Assembly (NCBI GenBank): GCA_041752695.1
Contig: JBGSVZ010000031.1
Span: 32,001-96,000, forward strand
Source: Terrimicrobiaceae bacterium
Lineage (GTDB): Bacteria > Verrucomicrobiota > Verrucomicrobiia > Chthoniobacterales > Terrimicrobiaceae
DNA: 64,000 bases
Direction: 5' to 3'
The translations under genes were made by a program, and so were the position numbers. Below, piece by piece: positions 18,960 to 29,527 of this stretch (positions within the stretch are counted from its first letter, which is position 1; each line of letters opens with the position of its first letter). The notes under the pieces were generated by a model that was not told the origin of the DNA, did no database searches, and saw only the letters and a program-made list of their open reading frames with translations.

Positions 18960-21245
18960 ATGACCGATCGCGAATGGGAGAGATTGACCCGGGATTTTGC
19001 CGGGAGTGGATATCGGGTCGAAGGCCAGCCGGAGGCGGGGCAGGAGCTTCATGTCGTGCTCGCGCAGGCCAATAAAATTCCCTCGGATGAAGCGTTGGAG
19101 TGGGTGGCTGGGGTCTATCAGATGCTGCCGCTGGATCCGTCACGCACCTCGTGTTCGACGCATGCGGAGGCGCTTTTTCGCAGGATTGCGGTGGACTGTG
19201 AGGCGGAGGAGCCTTGGATGCCGCTGGGTAATGTCGGGCCCCTTTTGGTGTTTGCGCATTACAACCCCGCCTGCGTGGAGTTCTGGCAGGTGCCGGTGGA
19301 TTTTGTCGTCCCCGTTCTGATCCCGAGGGCGAAATATGATCTCCTCAAAAAGGATATCCGGGAGAGGCTGAATTTTAAACCCCTTGAGCCCAAGGAGCCG
19401 CACTCCCTCAAGCGCCCTGTCCCCAGGGGGGAGGGACTGCGCAAAGTCCTCGACTGGATGTTGGAAGAGTATCCTTTCGACGACGCCGAAACCAAAGACC
19501 GGCTGCAGGCAGAGCGCGACAAAATCAATGCCGACGAGTTGGGAGACTTGATGGCTTTGAAAAAACTGCCTCGGCAGTTGGGCGTCGCCCTCTATCATCT
19601 CTGCACGGGAGACCCGTGTTTCAACGCAGAATCCGCCCCCGCCCAGACGCTCTTTCCCGAAACGTTGATGGAGAAACATTTCGTCTACCCCATGTATTGC
19701 GGGAAGAAGATTGTTTATCTGCTTTCGACCGAACGGAACAACTTTGCGTTCGAGGACGAATGGCTCTCCAGCGGGCACGACGCGGTGGATTTTCGGACGG
19801 TACTGTGCGAGAAAGAATCGATCGTTGCCGCAATCGCTCGCGACCGCGGCCGGGCGGCTTCCGCCACGGTCGCTGCGACGGAGGGGGAACTGACGTTTTC
19901 CGATGTTGCGAACATCGTGGAAATCGACCCTCAGGATATCCAGAGGATCAATCCGACCAGCATCAATACGACTCCCGAACAGGTGGTGCATTGGGTGCTC
20001 TATCGCGCCATTACGGGGCGCGGGAGCGATCTGCATATTGAGAAATTCTATAACACGGCCCGCTTTCGCGCCCGCATTGACGGGGAACTTAAGGTCATCC
20101 ATTCCTGCCCCGAGGAAATGTTGGCGCGCTATGTTAGTTTGATCAAAAACTACTCCAACATGGGGCAGCGGCGCCAGGATGCGCAGGACGGTCGTTTTTC
20201 CCTCCTCATTGGCAAACGCCGCGTCGATTGTCGTGTGTCGGCCATCCCTTGCCGCAAGGATCTCCAGAAAATCACCATCCGCTTTCTCGACAAACAGGAT
20301 GGGGTGAAAAAGCTCAGCGAGCTCGCCCTTTCCCCGCGCCAGAGCGGGTTACTGGCCGATGCCATGGGCCGCGACCAGGGACTGATGCTCATCACCGGTC
20401 CGACGGGCAGTGGCAAAACGACCACCCTTTACGCTCTGCTCAACAGCATCAATTCCGAAAACATCAACATTCACACCGTTGAGGATCCCATCGAGTACGA
20501 GATCGAGGGGATGAATCAGACGCAGACCGACCCGCACAATAACATCAACTTTGCCGAGGGACTGCGTCGACTGATGCGTGCCGACCCTGATGTCATCCTG
20601 ATCGGGGAGTGTCGTGACGAGGAAACCGCCCTGGCCGCCATCAATGCCGCCCTCACCGGACACCTTGTGCTGACGACCTTGCACGCCAATGACTGTCTGC
20701 GTGCCGTGAGTCGGTTGGTGGCCATGAACGTGCCTCCCTATCTGCTGGCGGATTCGCTGGCCCTGACCCAGGCGCAAAGGCTGGTTCGCCGCCTTTGTAC
20801 GTATTGTAAAAAGCCGGCGCTGATTACGCCGGAAATTCGTGGAATCTTCCGGCGCAACCAAGTCACCATTCCTGCCGAAACGGAGTTTATTTACAATCGG
20901 TCCGGTTGTTCGGAGTGCAACGAAGTCGGATATATGGGGCGTCTTGCGTTGATGGAACTTTGCGCGTCCGACAACGAGTTGGCCGATCTCATTGCCCGCA
21001 ATGCCTCGATCGGCGATCTGCGCCGGAATGCGTTTAGCCGGGGGATGCTCACTCTTTACCAGGAGGGCCTCCAGAAGGTCGCTGGCGGGGGCACTTCGAT
21101 GGATGAAATCGCCTGCCTCAGCTACACGGCGGTGACACCGGAGTGCACTTCGGATGAAGAGCCGCCGGCCGGAAAAATCGTGGGCATGCCAGTGGATGCC
21201 GTCCCCGCCGCGCGGGAGCTCGAGGCCGCCGGCGACCCGAAGTAA
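18960..21245 (+). CDS. pilB: Assembly ATPase PilB/GspE
   Basis: GSDLHIE, QDGRF, GPTGSGKTTT, EDPIEY, DPDVILIGECRD, TGHLVLTTLH, Zn motifs CTYC/CSEC. Confidence 0.92.
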   Translation: MTDREWERLTRDFAGSGYRVEGQPEAGQELHVVLAQANKIPSDEALEWVAGVYQMLPLDPSRTSCSTHAEALFRRIAVDCEAEEPWMPLGNVGPLLVFAHYNPACVEFWQVPVDFVVPVLIPRAKYDLLKKDIRERLNFKPLEPKEPHSLKRPVPRGEGLRKVLDWMLEEYPFDDAETKDRLQAERDKINADELGDLMALKKLPRQLGVALYHLCTGDPCFNAESAPAQTLFPETLMEKHFVYPMYCGKKIVYLLSTERNNFAFEDEWLSSGHDAVDFRTVLCEKESIVAAIARDRGRAASATVAATEGELTFSDVANIVEIDPQDIQRINPTSINTTPEQVVHWVLYRAITGRGSDLHIEKFYNTARFRARIDGELKVIHSCPEEMLARYVSLIKNYSNMGQRRQDAQDGRFSLLIGKRRVDCRVSAIPCRKDLQKITIRFLDKQDGVKKLSELALSPRQSGLLADAMGRDQGLMLITGPTGSGKTTTLYALLNSINSENINIHTVEDPIEYEIEGMNQTQTDPHNNINFAEGLRRLMRADPDVILIGECRDEETALAAINAALTGHLVLTTLHANDCLRAVSRLVAMNVPPYLLADSLALTQAQRLVRRLCTYCKKPALITPEIRGIFRRNQVTIPAETEFIYNRSGCSECNEVGYMGRLALMELCASDNELADLIARNASIGDLRRNAFSRGMLTLYQEGLQKVAGGGTSMDEIACLSYTAVTPECTSDEEPPAGKIVGMPVDAVPAARELEAAGDPK

Positions 21246-21250
21246 GGGTG

Positions 21251-23320
21251 TTATTTCAGTCCTTCGAGGATCTTCTGCAGCAGAGAATCCGCGGGGTTTT
21301 TACTGTCGCTGCTTAGCTCCCAAAACATGACCCCTCCGAGGGAACGGTCCCGTATCATTTGGGTTTTGTGCCCAAGACTTTCCGTGTCCTCGTACGTCAC
21401 AAATGTGCCCCCGTTTTCCGTGGCCGCGTAGAGCCAGGGGACTTTGGCGGAGCTGTCCCAAAATCGTTGGTACACGCCGGGCCGCGAGGTGAGGCGATTC
21501 AGGATGTCCCGGTATTCCCACTCCATATCGGGCGGATAAGTGCCGGGTAAACCTCCACGGGATGGCTGGCGGAGCCCGTTGTTGGTGGGGCCGACGCCTT
21601 TCCAGGCTCGCCCGTAAAAGGGAACGCCAATCACAAGCTTGCTGGGAGTGAAGCCGGAGGCCAGGTAGGTCGCCACCGCAGCCTCCACCGAAAGGGGGTT
21701 ACCGGGCGCGGCTCGGAGGCCGGCGTGGTGACCGGTGGTGTTTTCCCAGTCTCCATGGAGATCGTAGGACATGAGGTTGACCCAATCGCAAACGGCCGAA
21801 ATGTTTACCAGTTCGAAATTGGCAATATTGCCAGGGCCGGCGGGGGCCGCGATGCTGAGATAATATTTTTTGCCGTCGCTGGCCGCGGCCGCGTCGAGCT
21901 GCCGGCGGAGTTCGCGCAGAAGAAGGGTGTAGTTTTGTTTATCCTGCGGCCGTACTTTGTTGGAACCGAGTCCTCCGCCCACCGGGTATTCCCAGTCGAT
22001 GTCCACGCCGTCAAAGCCGTATTTTTTGACGAAGGCCACGGCGGAACGGGCGAACTTGTCCCGCGAACTTGGAGTAAGGGCAATGTCGGAAAATTCCCCG
22101 GAAAGGGTCCACCCGCCGATCGAAATCATCGTGATGAGATGGGGATTGGCCTGTTTCAGTTTCAGGAGCTGATGGAAATTTCCGAGGAGGGGCTGGCTCG
22201 TCAGATCTCCCGGGTAGGGCCGCTGCACGGCGGCCCATTCGTCAAACAAGACCACGTCTCCGGCACTGGTGGGTTTTGCGAACGCATAGTTGATCACATT
22301 GAGCTTGGACGCGGGAATGTCCGCCACATGGTAGTTTTTCTGGTAGATGCCCCACTCGACGAAATACCCCACGATCTTCTTTCCACTCAACTTTGGGCCT
22401 CCGGTTGGGGGAGGAGTTGGGGATGGCGTGGGCATGGGGGGAGTTGGGGATGGCGTGGGCATGGGGGGAGTCGCCGACGGAAGGGGAGTTGCGGTGGGTG
22501 TGGGCGTTGAGGAGGGTGTGGGACTTGGAGTCGGAGCACCCTGGACCGTAAGGACGATCTTCTGTGGCGAAACTTTGACATTACCGGGACTGCCGAGAAA
22601 CCCAAACGACACCGTGGCTCCCGGTGCGATGCCAGAGTTCCACGTCATCGGTGTGGCCGTGTAGCGTCCTCCCTGCCCCTGCACAGAGGCGTCCCAGGCG
22701 CTGGAAATGACCGGACCGAAATCGAATTCCAATCGCCAGTTGGTGAGGGTTTGTGAGCCAGTGTTGGTGAGTTTGAACTCACCCTGGAAGCCGGAAATCC
22801 AGTCCTGTGTGACCGTGAAGTTGACCCTCACGGAGCCGGATTGCACGGTGACGTTCGGGTTGCCGGAGGGGGTTGGTGCCGGAGTCGGGGACGGGCTTGG
22901 AGTAGGAGTAGGGGTTGGAGTAGGGGTTGGGGATTCGGAAGCGTCGCGGAGGACGAAGTCCGTGGGGAGGGTTTTGAGGTTGCCGGGCTGGGCAACAAAG
23001 CCGAAGGAGGCTTTCCCTCCAGGCGGGAGAGATCGGTTCCAGGAGGCACCGCGGATGACGTTTTTGGCACCCGTTCGACCAACCACCGAGGCATTCCAGA
23101 TGCTGGTGATCTGTGGCAGCATGGAAAACTCCAGTCGCCAATCGGTGAGAGTTTTTTCCGACGTGTTTGTGACGACAATCTCGGCTTGAAACCCCGTTTT
23201 CCAGTCGCTCGTTACCCGCATGGTTGCCCCCGCATAAATCTCCGGTGAGGAAAGAAGGGCCAGGAGGGTAAGTATCCAAGAAAGTCCTTGATGGCGGAGA
23301 GAAGGGGGTCGGCAGGACAT
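21251..23320 (-). CDS. Secreted chitinase, CBM2-PT-CBM2-PT-GH18
   Basis: Signal peptide, two CBM2 repeats (DWxxGFQ...WNA/WDA...SFGF), Pro/Thr linkers, ISIGGWT, catalytic FDGVDIDWEYP. Confidence 0.93.
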   Translation of the reverse strand: MSCRPPSLRHQGLSWILTLLALLSSPEIYAGATMRVTSDWKTGFQAEIVVTNTSEKTLTDWRLEFSMLPQITSIWNASVVGRTGAKNVIRGASWNRSLPPGGKASFGFVAQPGNLKTLPTDFVLRDASESPTPTPTPTPTPSPSPTPAPTPSGNPNVTVQSGSVRVNFTVTQDWISGFQGEFKLTNTGSQTLTNWRLEFDFGPVISSAWDASVQGQGGRYTATPMTWNSGIAPGATVSFGFLGSPGNVKVSPQKIVLTVQGAPTPSPTPSSTPTPTATPLPSATPPMPTPSPTPPMPTPSPTPPPTGGPKLSGKKIVGYFVEWGIYQKNYHVADIPASKLNVINYAFAKPTSAGDVVLFDEWAAVQRPYPGDLTSQPLLGNFHQLLKLKQANPHLITMISIGGWTLSGEFSDIALTPSSRDKFARSAVAFVKKYGFDGVDIDWEYPVGGGLGSNKVRPQDKQNYTLLLRELRRQLDAAAASDGKKYYLSIAAPAGPGNIANFELVNISAVCDWVNLMSYDLHGDWENTTGHHAGLRAAPGNPLSVEAAVATYLASGFTPSKLVIGVPFYGRAWKGVGPTNNGLRQPSRGGLPGTYPPDMEWEYRDILNRLTSRPGVYQRFWDSSAKVPWLYAATENGGTFVTYEDTESLGHKTQMIRDRSLGGVMFWELSSDSKNPADSLLQKILEGLK
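22413..22471. repeat. Exact 27-bp tandem duplication in the chitinase linker
   Basis: ggagttggggatggcgtgggcatgggg x2 plus a partial third copy (TPPMPTPSP x2). Confidence 0.9.
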
Positions 23321-23488
23321 GTGGTGAAGGATTTTAGCGAATCTTACCCGAAGCGGTCCGCTTCCTTCCTGGGAAGTCGATGGAACACCCGGATACTCGA
23401 CGAATCGGCACAGCAACCCGTCGAATGCGCCCTGGTTTTGCTCGCCAGTTCTGCCCCCTATGGCATAACCAGTGGATCCTCGTTAACG

Positions 23489-24136
23489 ATGAAATTTCTC
23501 GTGCTTCTTTTCGCTGCCACGGCCCTGGCTTCCGCCGTCGCCCAGGATCAACCTCAGCCCACCGGTTGGCAACCGGGTCCGCCCGATGGGCCAATGGCAC
23601 CGTCGGATCCCATGGGTGAAGCGCTGGTCGTTCCCCAACCCCAGGGCCCGAATCCGCGGGGTGCAGTGGCCGCGATGTTGGCCATTGACCCCAAATACAC
23701 GGAAGGGATGGTCGTCGTCACCGCCCGGGGCGGAACGCCGGAGCCGAAGGAGTGGCTGGTTGTGGCCCGCGACACGGACGACCTCGGCACGCTGCACAAA
23801 ATTACCGTCGTTAATGGCAATGTGATCTCCGACAGTCTTTCCTTGAACACCTACGAATCCTTCCGTCAGGATGTGAACATCGACCCGCAGCAGGTGCAGG
23901 TGGACTCGGGTGCGGCCTTCATGATCGCCCAGCCCATTGCCGCGGCTAATGGGCAGATTATTGGAAAGGCCGATTATGCGTTGACCGTCCGGGGCAAGGA
24001 CTCCGTGCCGATCTGGACGATTAACTGTTTCGGCATGAACGGATTTTTCATGGGAAAAGTTGTTCTCCTCGCCACCGATGGCACCGTGCTGGAGACGCCG
24101 GGATTCAAAAATCAGCCCACCGTGCCCGGGCCTTAG
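23489..24136 (+). CDS. Secreted hypothetical protein (possibly PepSY-like)
   Basis: Clear signal peptide MKFLVLLFAATALASAVA; VDSGAAFMIA...PIWTI...ATDGTVL pattern. Confidence 0.7.
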   Translation: MKFLVLLFAATALASAVAQDQPQPTGWQPGPPDGPMAPSDPMGEALVVPQPQGPNPRGAVAAMLAIDPKYTEGMVVVTARGGTPEPKEWLVVARDTDDLGTLHKITVVNGNVISDSLSLNTYESFRQDVNIDPQQVQVDSGAAFMIAQPIAAANGQIIGKADYALTVRGKDSVPIWTINCFGMNGFFMGKVVLLATDGTVLETPGFKNQPTVPGP

Positions 24137-24145
24137 CGGTTCCTT

Positions 24146-25108
24146 TCAGGAAACGAGGATGATCTTCCCCTGGGAATTACCTTCCATCACCAGCCGATGG
24201 GCCTGTGCGGCTTCCGGGAGCGGGAGTTGGCGTGCGATCACGGGGCGAATGCGTCCGGCTGCGAGTTCTTCTCCGAGGGCCTGGTAGGTTGCGGCGCGTT
24301 CCTCCGGGGTGGCCTGTCCGCTGATGAGTCCGCGAATATCCGCCTCGCGCATCATGAGATCGCGGGGATTGATTTCCACGGGCCCACGACTGCCGATCAC
24401 CACCACGCGGCCGCGGGGCGCGAGCAGTTTCAAATCCTCGCCGAGATTCACATTGGCCAGCATTTCCAAAATGCAATGCACCCCGCGGCCCGCGGTCGCG
24501 TCGAGGATGGCCTGGCGGTAAACCGGGTCCGCATGGTTGAAGGCCCGCTCCGCGCCAGCCTCGCCAATCATGGCCAGGCCCTCGTCCGAGCCGGCCGTGC
24601 CGAAGACCCGCAGTCCCGCCGCGTGCGCGAGTTGCACTGCCGCGCTGCCGACCCCGCCGCTCGCACCATGAATGAGGACGGTCTCGCCGGCCTTCACCTC
24701 TCCCCGAATAAACAGCCCCCGCCAGGCCGTCGCGTAGGCCACGCCCATTGCCGCGCCGTGCGTGTAGTCCGCCCCGTCCGGCAGTGGGTGGATTTGCCCG
24801 GCCGAGCACAAGGCCTGCTCGGCATACGTTCCGGTGAGGGAACCCGAAAGGAAGACGCGATCCCCCAGTTTCACCGAGGCGATGCCTGCACCGACCCTCT
24901 CAACTTCGCCGGCTCCCTCTGACCCTGGAGTGTAAGGGAGGATGGGCAGGGCGGGGTATTGGCCGGAGCGGATGTACGTTTCCACCGGATTGACCCCGGT
25001 CGCCCGGAGGCGCACCAGCACCTCGTCGTCTCCCGGCTGGAGCGCAGGCCGTTCTTCGAGCCGCAAAACCTCGGGGCCTCCGAATTCTTTGACAACGATC
25101 GCCTTCAA
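24146..25108 (-). CDS. qor: NADPH:quinone reductase (zeta-crystallin/MDR family)
   Basis: FGGPEVL, GVNPVETYIRSG, HGASGGVG, GKIIL; TTG start. Confidence 0.9.
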   Translation of the reverse strand: MKAIVVKEFGGPEVLRLEERPALQPGDDEVLVRLRATGVNPVETYIRSGQYPALPILPYTPGSEGAGEVERVGAGIASVKLGDRVFLSGSLTGTYAEQALCSAGQIHPLPDGADYTHGAAMGVAYATAWRGLFIRGEVKAGETVLIHGASGGVGSAAVQLAHAAGLRVFGTAGSDEGLAMIGEAGAERAFNHADPVYRQAILDATAGRGVHCILEMLANVNLGEDLKLLAPRGRVVVIGSRGPVEINPRDLMMREADIRGLISGQATPEERAATYQALGEELAAGRIRPVIARQLPLPEAAQAHRLVMEGNSQGKIILVS

Positions 25109-25117
25109 AGTGAGCGA

Positions 25118-25615
25118 TTACCCCAGCGCCTGATGAACACCCCACTCGCTGACCAACAGCGGAGGCTGGCCATCGAAAGACGGTTGGTAAAAGAACGCGT
25201 AAGGTTGGTTGCCCGGCATCCAGCCCCGGAGCTCTCGCACCACCTTTTCTTTGACCTTCGGGTCTTTTTCGACATAGGAAAAATAGGCTGCCGGCTTTTC
25301 CTCGACCTTCGTCTTCCGGCGGGGCTCGGGGGATTTTTTCACCGGGACCTCGGGAACTTCCACGCTCCACAAGCTGGCCGGAGCGTTGAGTGCGAGAGCG
25401 CCGGCCAGCTCGGCCGGGGAAAGCGGCGTGTTTGGTCCGCGGCGGCGCTTCACGGCATTGTAGCGGGCGAGGTCGTTGAGAAAACCGACGACCACTTCAA
25501 AATCTCCCCACGGATACGAACACGCCTTTTCGCCAGGAAGCGCGAGGACATTTTGCGCCATGACAGGTTTGCCAAGCAGACGATCCAGCTCAGCCTTGGT
25601 GGAACCGAGAAGCAT
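25118..25615 (-). CDS. Hypothetical protein
   Basis: Fills the gap in a minus-strand gene run; plausible composition; no family recognised. Confidence 0.6.
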   Translation of the reverse strand: MLLGSTKAELDRLLGKPVMAQNVLALPGEKACSYPWGDFEVVVGFLNDLARYNAVKRRRGPNTPLSPAELAGALALNAPASLWSVEVPEVPVKKSPEPRRKTKVEEKPAAYFSYVEKDPKVKEKVVRELRGWMPGNQPYAFFYQPSFDGQPPLLVSEWGVHQALG

Positions 25616-25732
25616 TTCGGGAAAGCTAAAAGAAGAAAGGCCCGATAGAAAAGGGGAAAAGTTTCCCCAGTTTCCACGCCTTTTAGAGATGAACTTTTGC
25701 CCTCATAGGGCGAAACGGGCGGGGCCGCCCGT

Positions 25733-26155
25733 TTAGTCGAGGAGATTGGCGGGTACTTTGCCGCCGTTTTCGGAGAACTTTTTGAGCACTTCCTTGTGGA
25801 GCCAGACATTCATCGCGGCAGAGTCGCCGGTGTCGCCCGGGTAGCTCAATTCCTTGGCCAGTTCCTTGCGGGAGGTGAGGCTGCTGTCCATGCCGACAAG
25901 CTTCATTAAATCGACAATGGAACGTTTCCAGTCGAGGTCTTCCGAGTTTTTGGCGGCAAGGCCATCAAGGACGGCGGCGACGTCCACTTTTCTGACCGGT
26001 GTGGGTGGCGCAGCGGCAGGCACCGTAGAGGTGGACACTGGGGAGGACGTGGCCGGGGTGTTCGACACTGAGGGTGAGGCGGTGCCGGTTGAGGATGTGA
26101 TGATAGGCGTGGAGACGCCGAGGACTTTGTCGAGAAGTTTGGAAAAGAGACTCAT
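25733..26155 (-). CDS. DUF3597 family protein
   Basis: LDWKRSIVDLMKL...SRKELAKEL...DSAAMNVWLHK...NGGKVP. Confidence 0.88.
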   Translation of the reverse strand: MSLFSKLLDKVLGVSTPIITSSTGTASPSVSNTPATSSPVSTSTVPAAAPPTPVRKVDVAAVLDGLAAKNSEDLDWKRSIVDLMKLVGMDSSLTSRKELAKELSYPGDTGDSAAMNVWLHKEVLKKFSENGGKVPANLLD

Positions 26156-26249
26156 GGGTTGTGTGGAGTTATTTAGTCATCGTTCGTGCGAATGGCCGCG
26201 GGCGGAACGAAATGGCGATTTAAAATTTTCCGGCAACTGAGCAGGCGTT

Positions 26250-27752
26250 TCAGCGGCGAGTCGGCCGCGGGCGGTGACGGAAAATGGTCAAAAGGCCGGC
26301 TACCGTGAGGAGGGCGACGGTCCCGGGTTCGGGGACCTGCTCGATATTCAGACTTCCATTGAATCCGTAGGATCCCGGGGGAACGGGCAGACCGGGAGAG
26401 AACCCTGGACCACCGTTTGAACCCGCAGGTCCGGCCATGCCGTCGCTTGCAGGAGGCACCAGACCAGATCCGCCAGATCCGCTGAATCCGCCCTGCCCTC
26501 CGTCACCGCCAAATCCTCCCATCCCGGGCAGGCCGGGCGTGCCGTGAAAGCCACCATAACCACCGGCTCCGCCAAATGTCGAAAAGGCTTGGATATCGTA
26601 ATCATAGGAATCTTCGAAAAGAAGGGTGATAGATCCCGCATCTCCACCGTTGCCACCCAACCCGCCATCTCCGGCATCTCCGCCTTTGCCGCCGGTTCCG
26701 CCTGGAGCGCCAAATCCCCCGGATCCGCCCCGGCCGCCATTGCCATCATCGAAGGTGACGAAGGGATTGCCTCCCAAGCCACCATCTCCACCATCTCCAC
26801 CAGTGCCCCCCTGGCTGCCGATGCCGCCATCACCACCTCGACCGCCTTCGCCACCGGTGCCACCATCGGAAACGATCTTTCCGTCCAAGGTCACGACCAA
26901 ACCATGCAGGAGAATATTTCCGCCATTTCCGCCCGTGCCGCCGATTTCTCCCGTAACACCTGTGCCACCAGAATTTCCGGTGAGTCCGAATCCGCCATTG
27001 CCTCCGGATCCACCACCACCTCCGCCCCCGCCACCCCCGCCGCCGGTGCCAGACGCTCCATTCCCTCCCGCGCCTCCATCCGGCCCGGAGTTGGGATGTC
27101 CGGGATCAACCGATCCTCCATGGTTGCCAGTCAGACCACCGTCACCGCCGGGGCCACCGGGGTAGAACGCACCTGAAATGCCGCTTCCCCCCGCGCCGCC
27201 AGCCCCTCCGGTGTCTCCCGAGTTATTGCTGCCATTGCCGCCAGCTTGTCCATTGGCTCCGGTTCCAGCTTGGGCTACGATTGCACCGGTGGTTCCGGTC
27301 GCTCCCGTCACGCCGATCGTTCCGGTCGCGCCTTTGCTGATAATCGTTCCGCTGGTGGTGACGAACAATGTTCCATTCGAACCGACTTCGATGTTGCCAC
27401 CATGGAGTTGGGAGGTCGTTCCGCTAAAATTAATCGTGCCGGCAATCGTGGCGTCGCCGGCGGAAAGAAAGGCAAACGAGGCCGATCCTGTGACAAAAAT
27501 ATTGTAGCCGGTGGAGAGCTGGATGCTGTCGAAGGTGAAGACTGTCGATCCCCCGGAGGAAATTCCCGAAAATGTCGCACCGCCCGTAATGGTCATGGCG
27601 TCGGTGTTCACGAAGACATCCCCGGTGGCGTTGAACGAACCCAACGAGGTAAAATTATCTGGGTTGAGGTAATCCGCCGCCCGAGTCGAACCCAGCGAAC
27701 CGGCCAGGAGAAGAATCGCCGACATGGCCGCGGCTCGTAGGTTTGTGCGCAT
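26250..27752 (-). CDS. Glycine-rich (PGRS-like) PEP-CTERM surface protein
   Basis: Signal peptide, GGxGGxGG repeats, C-terminal VPEPGT + TM + RHRPRPTRR. Confidence 0.9.
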   Translation of the reverse strand: MRTNLRAAAMSAILLLAGSLGSTRAADYLNPDNFTSLGSFNATGDVFVNTDAMTITGGATFSGISSGGSTVFTFDSIQLSTGYNIFVTGSASFAFLSAGDATIAGTINFSGTTSQLHGGNIEVGSNGTLFVTTSGTIISKGATGTIGVTGATGTTGAIVAQAGTGANGQAGGNGSNNSGDTGGAGGAGGSGISGAFYPGGPGGDGGLTGNHGGSVDPGHPNSGPDGGAGGNGASGTGGGGGGGGGGGGSGGNGGFGLTGNSGGTGVTGEIGGTGGNGGNILLHGLVVTLDGKIVSDGGTGGEGGRGGDGGIGSQGGTGGDGGDGGLGGNPFVTFDDGNGGRGGSGGFGAPGGTGGKGGDAGDGGLGGNGGDAGSITLLFEDSYDYDIQAFSTFGGAGGYGGFHGTPGLPGMGGFGGDGGQGGFSGSGGSGLVPPASDGMAGPAGSNGGPGFSPGLPVPPGSYGFNGSLNIEQVPEPGTVALLTVAGLLTIFRHRPRPTRR

Positions 27753-27834
27753 GGGTGGTTATTGGGGTGGTTGGCCTGTTTGGAAAGAGAAATCTGGGCA
27801 ACCGGTTGACGGAATGCCTAGTGGGCTCAAATGC

Positions 27835-27868
27835 AAAAAGCGGTCCCGCTTTCACGGGACCGCTTTTT
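27835..27868. terminator. Intrinsic terminator downstream of ilvC (bidirectional form)
   Basis: AAAAAGCGGTCCCG-ctttca-CGGGACCGCTTTTT. Confidence 0.85.
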
Positions 27869-27903
27869 AGCGTTAAGCGATGGCAGGGAGGCGAGGCCCC
27901 GGC

Positions 27904-28932
27904 TTATTTGTACGAAGCCTGCTGGCCTTTGATGTCGCGCTTTTTGATCCAAGGCATCAAACCGCGGAGACGGGCGCCGGTTTTTTCGATGGGGTGATTT
28001 TCCCCGGCTTTCAGAAGGGCATTGTACTTTTTGTATCCACCTTCGTATTCCTTGACCCATTCCTTGGCAAATTTGCCGTTCTGAATGTCTTTGAGGGCGG
28101 CCTTCATGCGTTTTTTCACCCCGGAATCGATGATCTTCGGTCCCACGCTCACGTCGCCCCACTTGGCAGTTTCGCTGATCGAGAAACGCATGCCGGCGAT
28201 GCCCGCTTCGTTCATCAGATCGACGATGAGCTTGAGTTCGTGGAGGCATTCAAAATAGGCCATTTCGGGAGCGTAGCCCGCTTCGACGAGGGTCTCAAAA
28301 CCGGCCTGCACCAGGGCGGAGGCCCCGCCGCAAAGAACCGTCTGTTCCCCGAAGAGGTCGGTTTCGGTTTCTTCCTTAAAGGTGGTTTCAATCACACCGC
28401 CGCGGGTTCCGCCGACGCCCTTAGCCCAGGCGAGGGCGATCTTTTTGGCGTCCTTGCCGGGGTTCTGGTAGACGGCGATGATGGCGGGCACGCCTTTGCC
28501 TTCGGTGAACTGGCGGCGGACGATGTGGCCGGGGCCTTTCGGGGCCACCATGATGATGTTCACGTTTTTCGGCGGAACGATGGTCTTGTAGTGAATGGAA
28601 AAGCCGTGGCTGAAGAGGAGGGTTTTGCCCTTGGTGAGATTGGGCTCAATGTCCTTCTTGTAGGCAGCGGGCTGCTTGGTGTCGGGCAGGGCGACCATGA
28701 TGACGTCGGCGAGTTTCACGGCTTCGGCGGTGTCATAAACCTTGAAGCCATAGTCTTCGGCAACCTTGCGGGATTTGCTGCCGGGGTAGAGACCAATGAT
28801 GACCTTGGCGCCGCTCTCCTTGAGGTTGAGGGCGTGGGCGTGACCCTGCGAGCCGAAGCCAAGCACGGCGAGGGTTTTGCCTTTGAGAACTTTGAGGTCT
28901 GCGTCTTTGTCGGTGTAGATTTTAGCGGGCAT
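27904..28932 (-). CDS. ilvC: Ketol-acid reductoisomerase
   Basis: [52 protein letters not shown]. Confidence 0.98.
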   Translation of the reverse strand: MPAKIYTDKDADLKVLKGKTLAVLGFGSQGHAHALNLKESGAKVIIGLYPGSKSRKVAEDYGFKVYDTAEAVKLADVIMVALPDTKQPAAYKKDIEPNLTKGKTLLFSHGFSIHYKTIVPPKNVNIIMVAPKGPGHIVRRQFTEGKGVPAIIAVYQNPGKDAKKIALAWAKGVGGTRGGVIETTFKEETETDLFGEQTVLCGGASALVQAGFETLVEAGYAPEMAYFECLHELKLIVDLMNEAGIAGMRFSISETAKWGDVSVGPKIIDSGVKKRMKAALKDIQNGKFAKEWVKEYEGGYKKYNALLKAGENHPIEKTGARLRGLMPWIKKRDIKGQQASYK

Positions 28933-28967
28933 GGTTTGGAAAAGTGTAAGGTGGAAGGTGAAGGGGT

Positions 28968-29444
28968 TTAGTTACTGCGGGGGAGGGCGACTTTGCCGGT
29001 GCGGGTGAGCGCCGTGATGCCGAAGCGTTCCATCAGCATGATAAACTTGCTGATCTTTCCGTCGGTGCCGGTCATTTCGATGGCCAGGGTGTCCTGCTGC
29101 ACATCAATGATCTTGGCGCGGAAAATGTCGCAAATCTGCATCACCTCGGGGCGGGTCTTGGAGGTGGCGGAAACGCGGAGAAGGACGAGTTCGCGGTCCA
29201 CGTATTCCTCGTCGCGGAAATCCTGCACGTCGATCACGTCGACGAGTTTATCAAGTTGCTTGGAAACCTGCTCAAGCACCTTGTCGTCGCCGCGGACGAC
29301 GATCGTCATGCGCGAGGCGGTGGGATCGAGGGTTGGCCCGACGTTGAGCGAATCGATGTTAAAGCCGCGTCCGCTGAACATGCCGGCGATGCGCGTGAGC
29401 GCTCCGGATTTGTTTTCGACGAGGATGGAGATGGTATGGCGCAT
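28968..29444 (-). CDS. ilvN: Acetolactate synthase small subunit
   Basis: [46 protein letters not shown]. Confidence 0.96.
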   Translation of the reverse strand: MRHTISILVENKSGALTRIAGMFSGRGFNIDSLNVGPTLDPTASRMTIVVRGDDKVLEQVSKQLDKLVDVIDVQDFRDEEYVDRELVLLRVSATSKTRPEVMQICDIFRAKIIDVQQDTLAIEMTGTDGKISKFIMLMERFGITALTRTGKVALPRSN

Positions 29445-29527
29445 GGATCAGGAGAATTGGGGATAGTGGCGGGTCCTAAGGGGTGCGTCAAACAGGAAAG
29501 AGCGGCCTTTCGCAGGCGCTGCGATGA

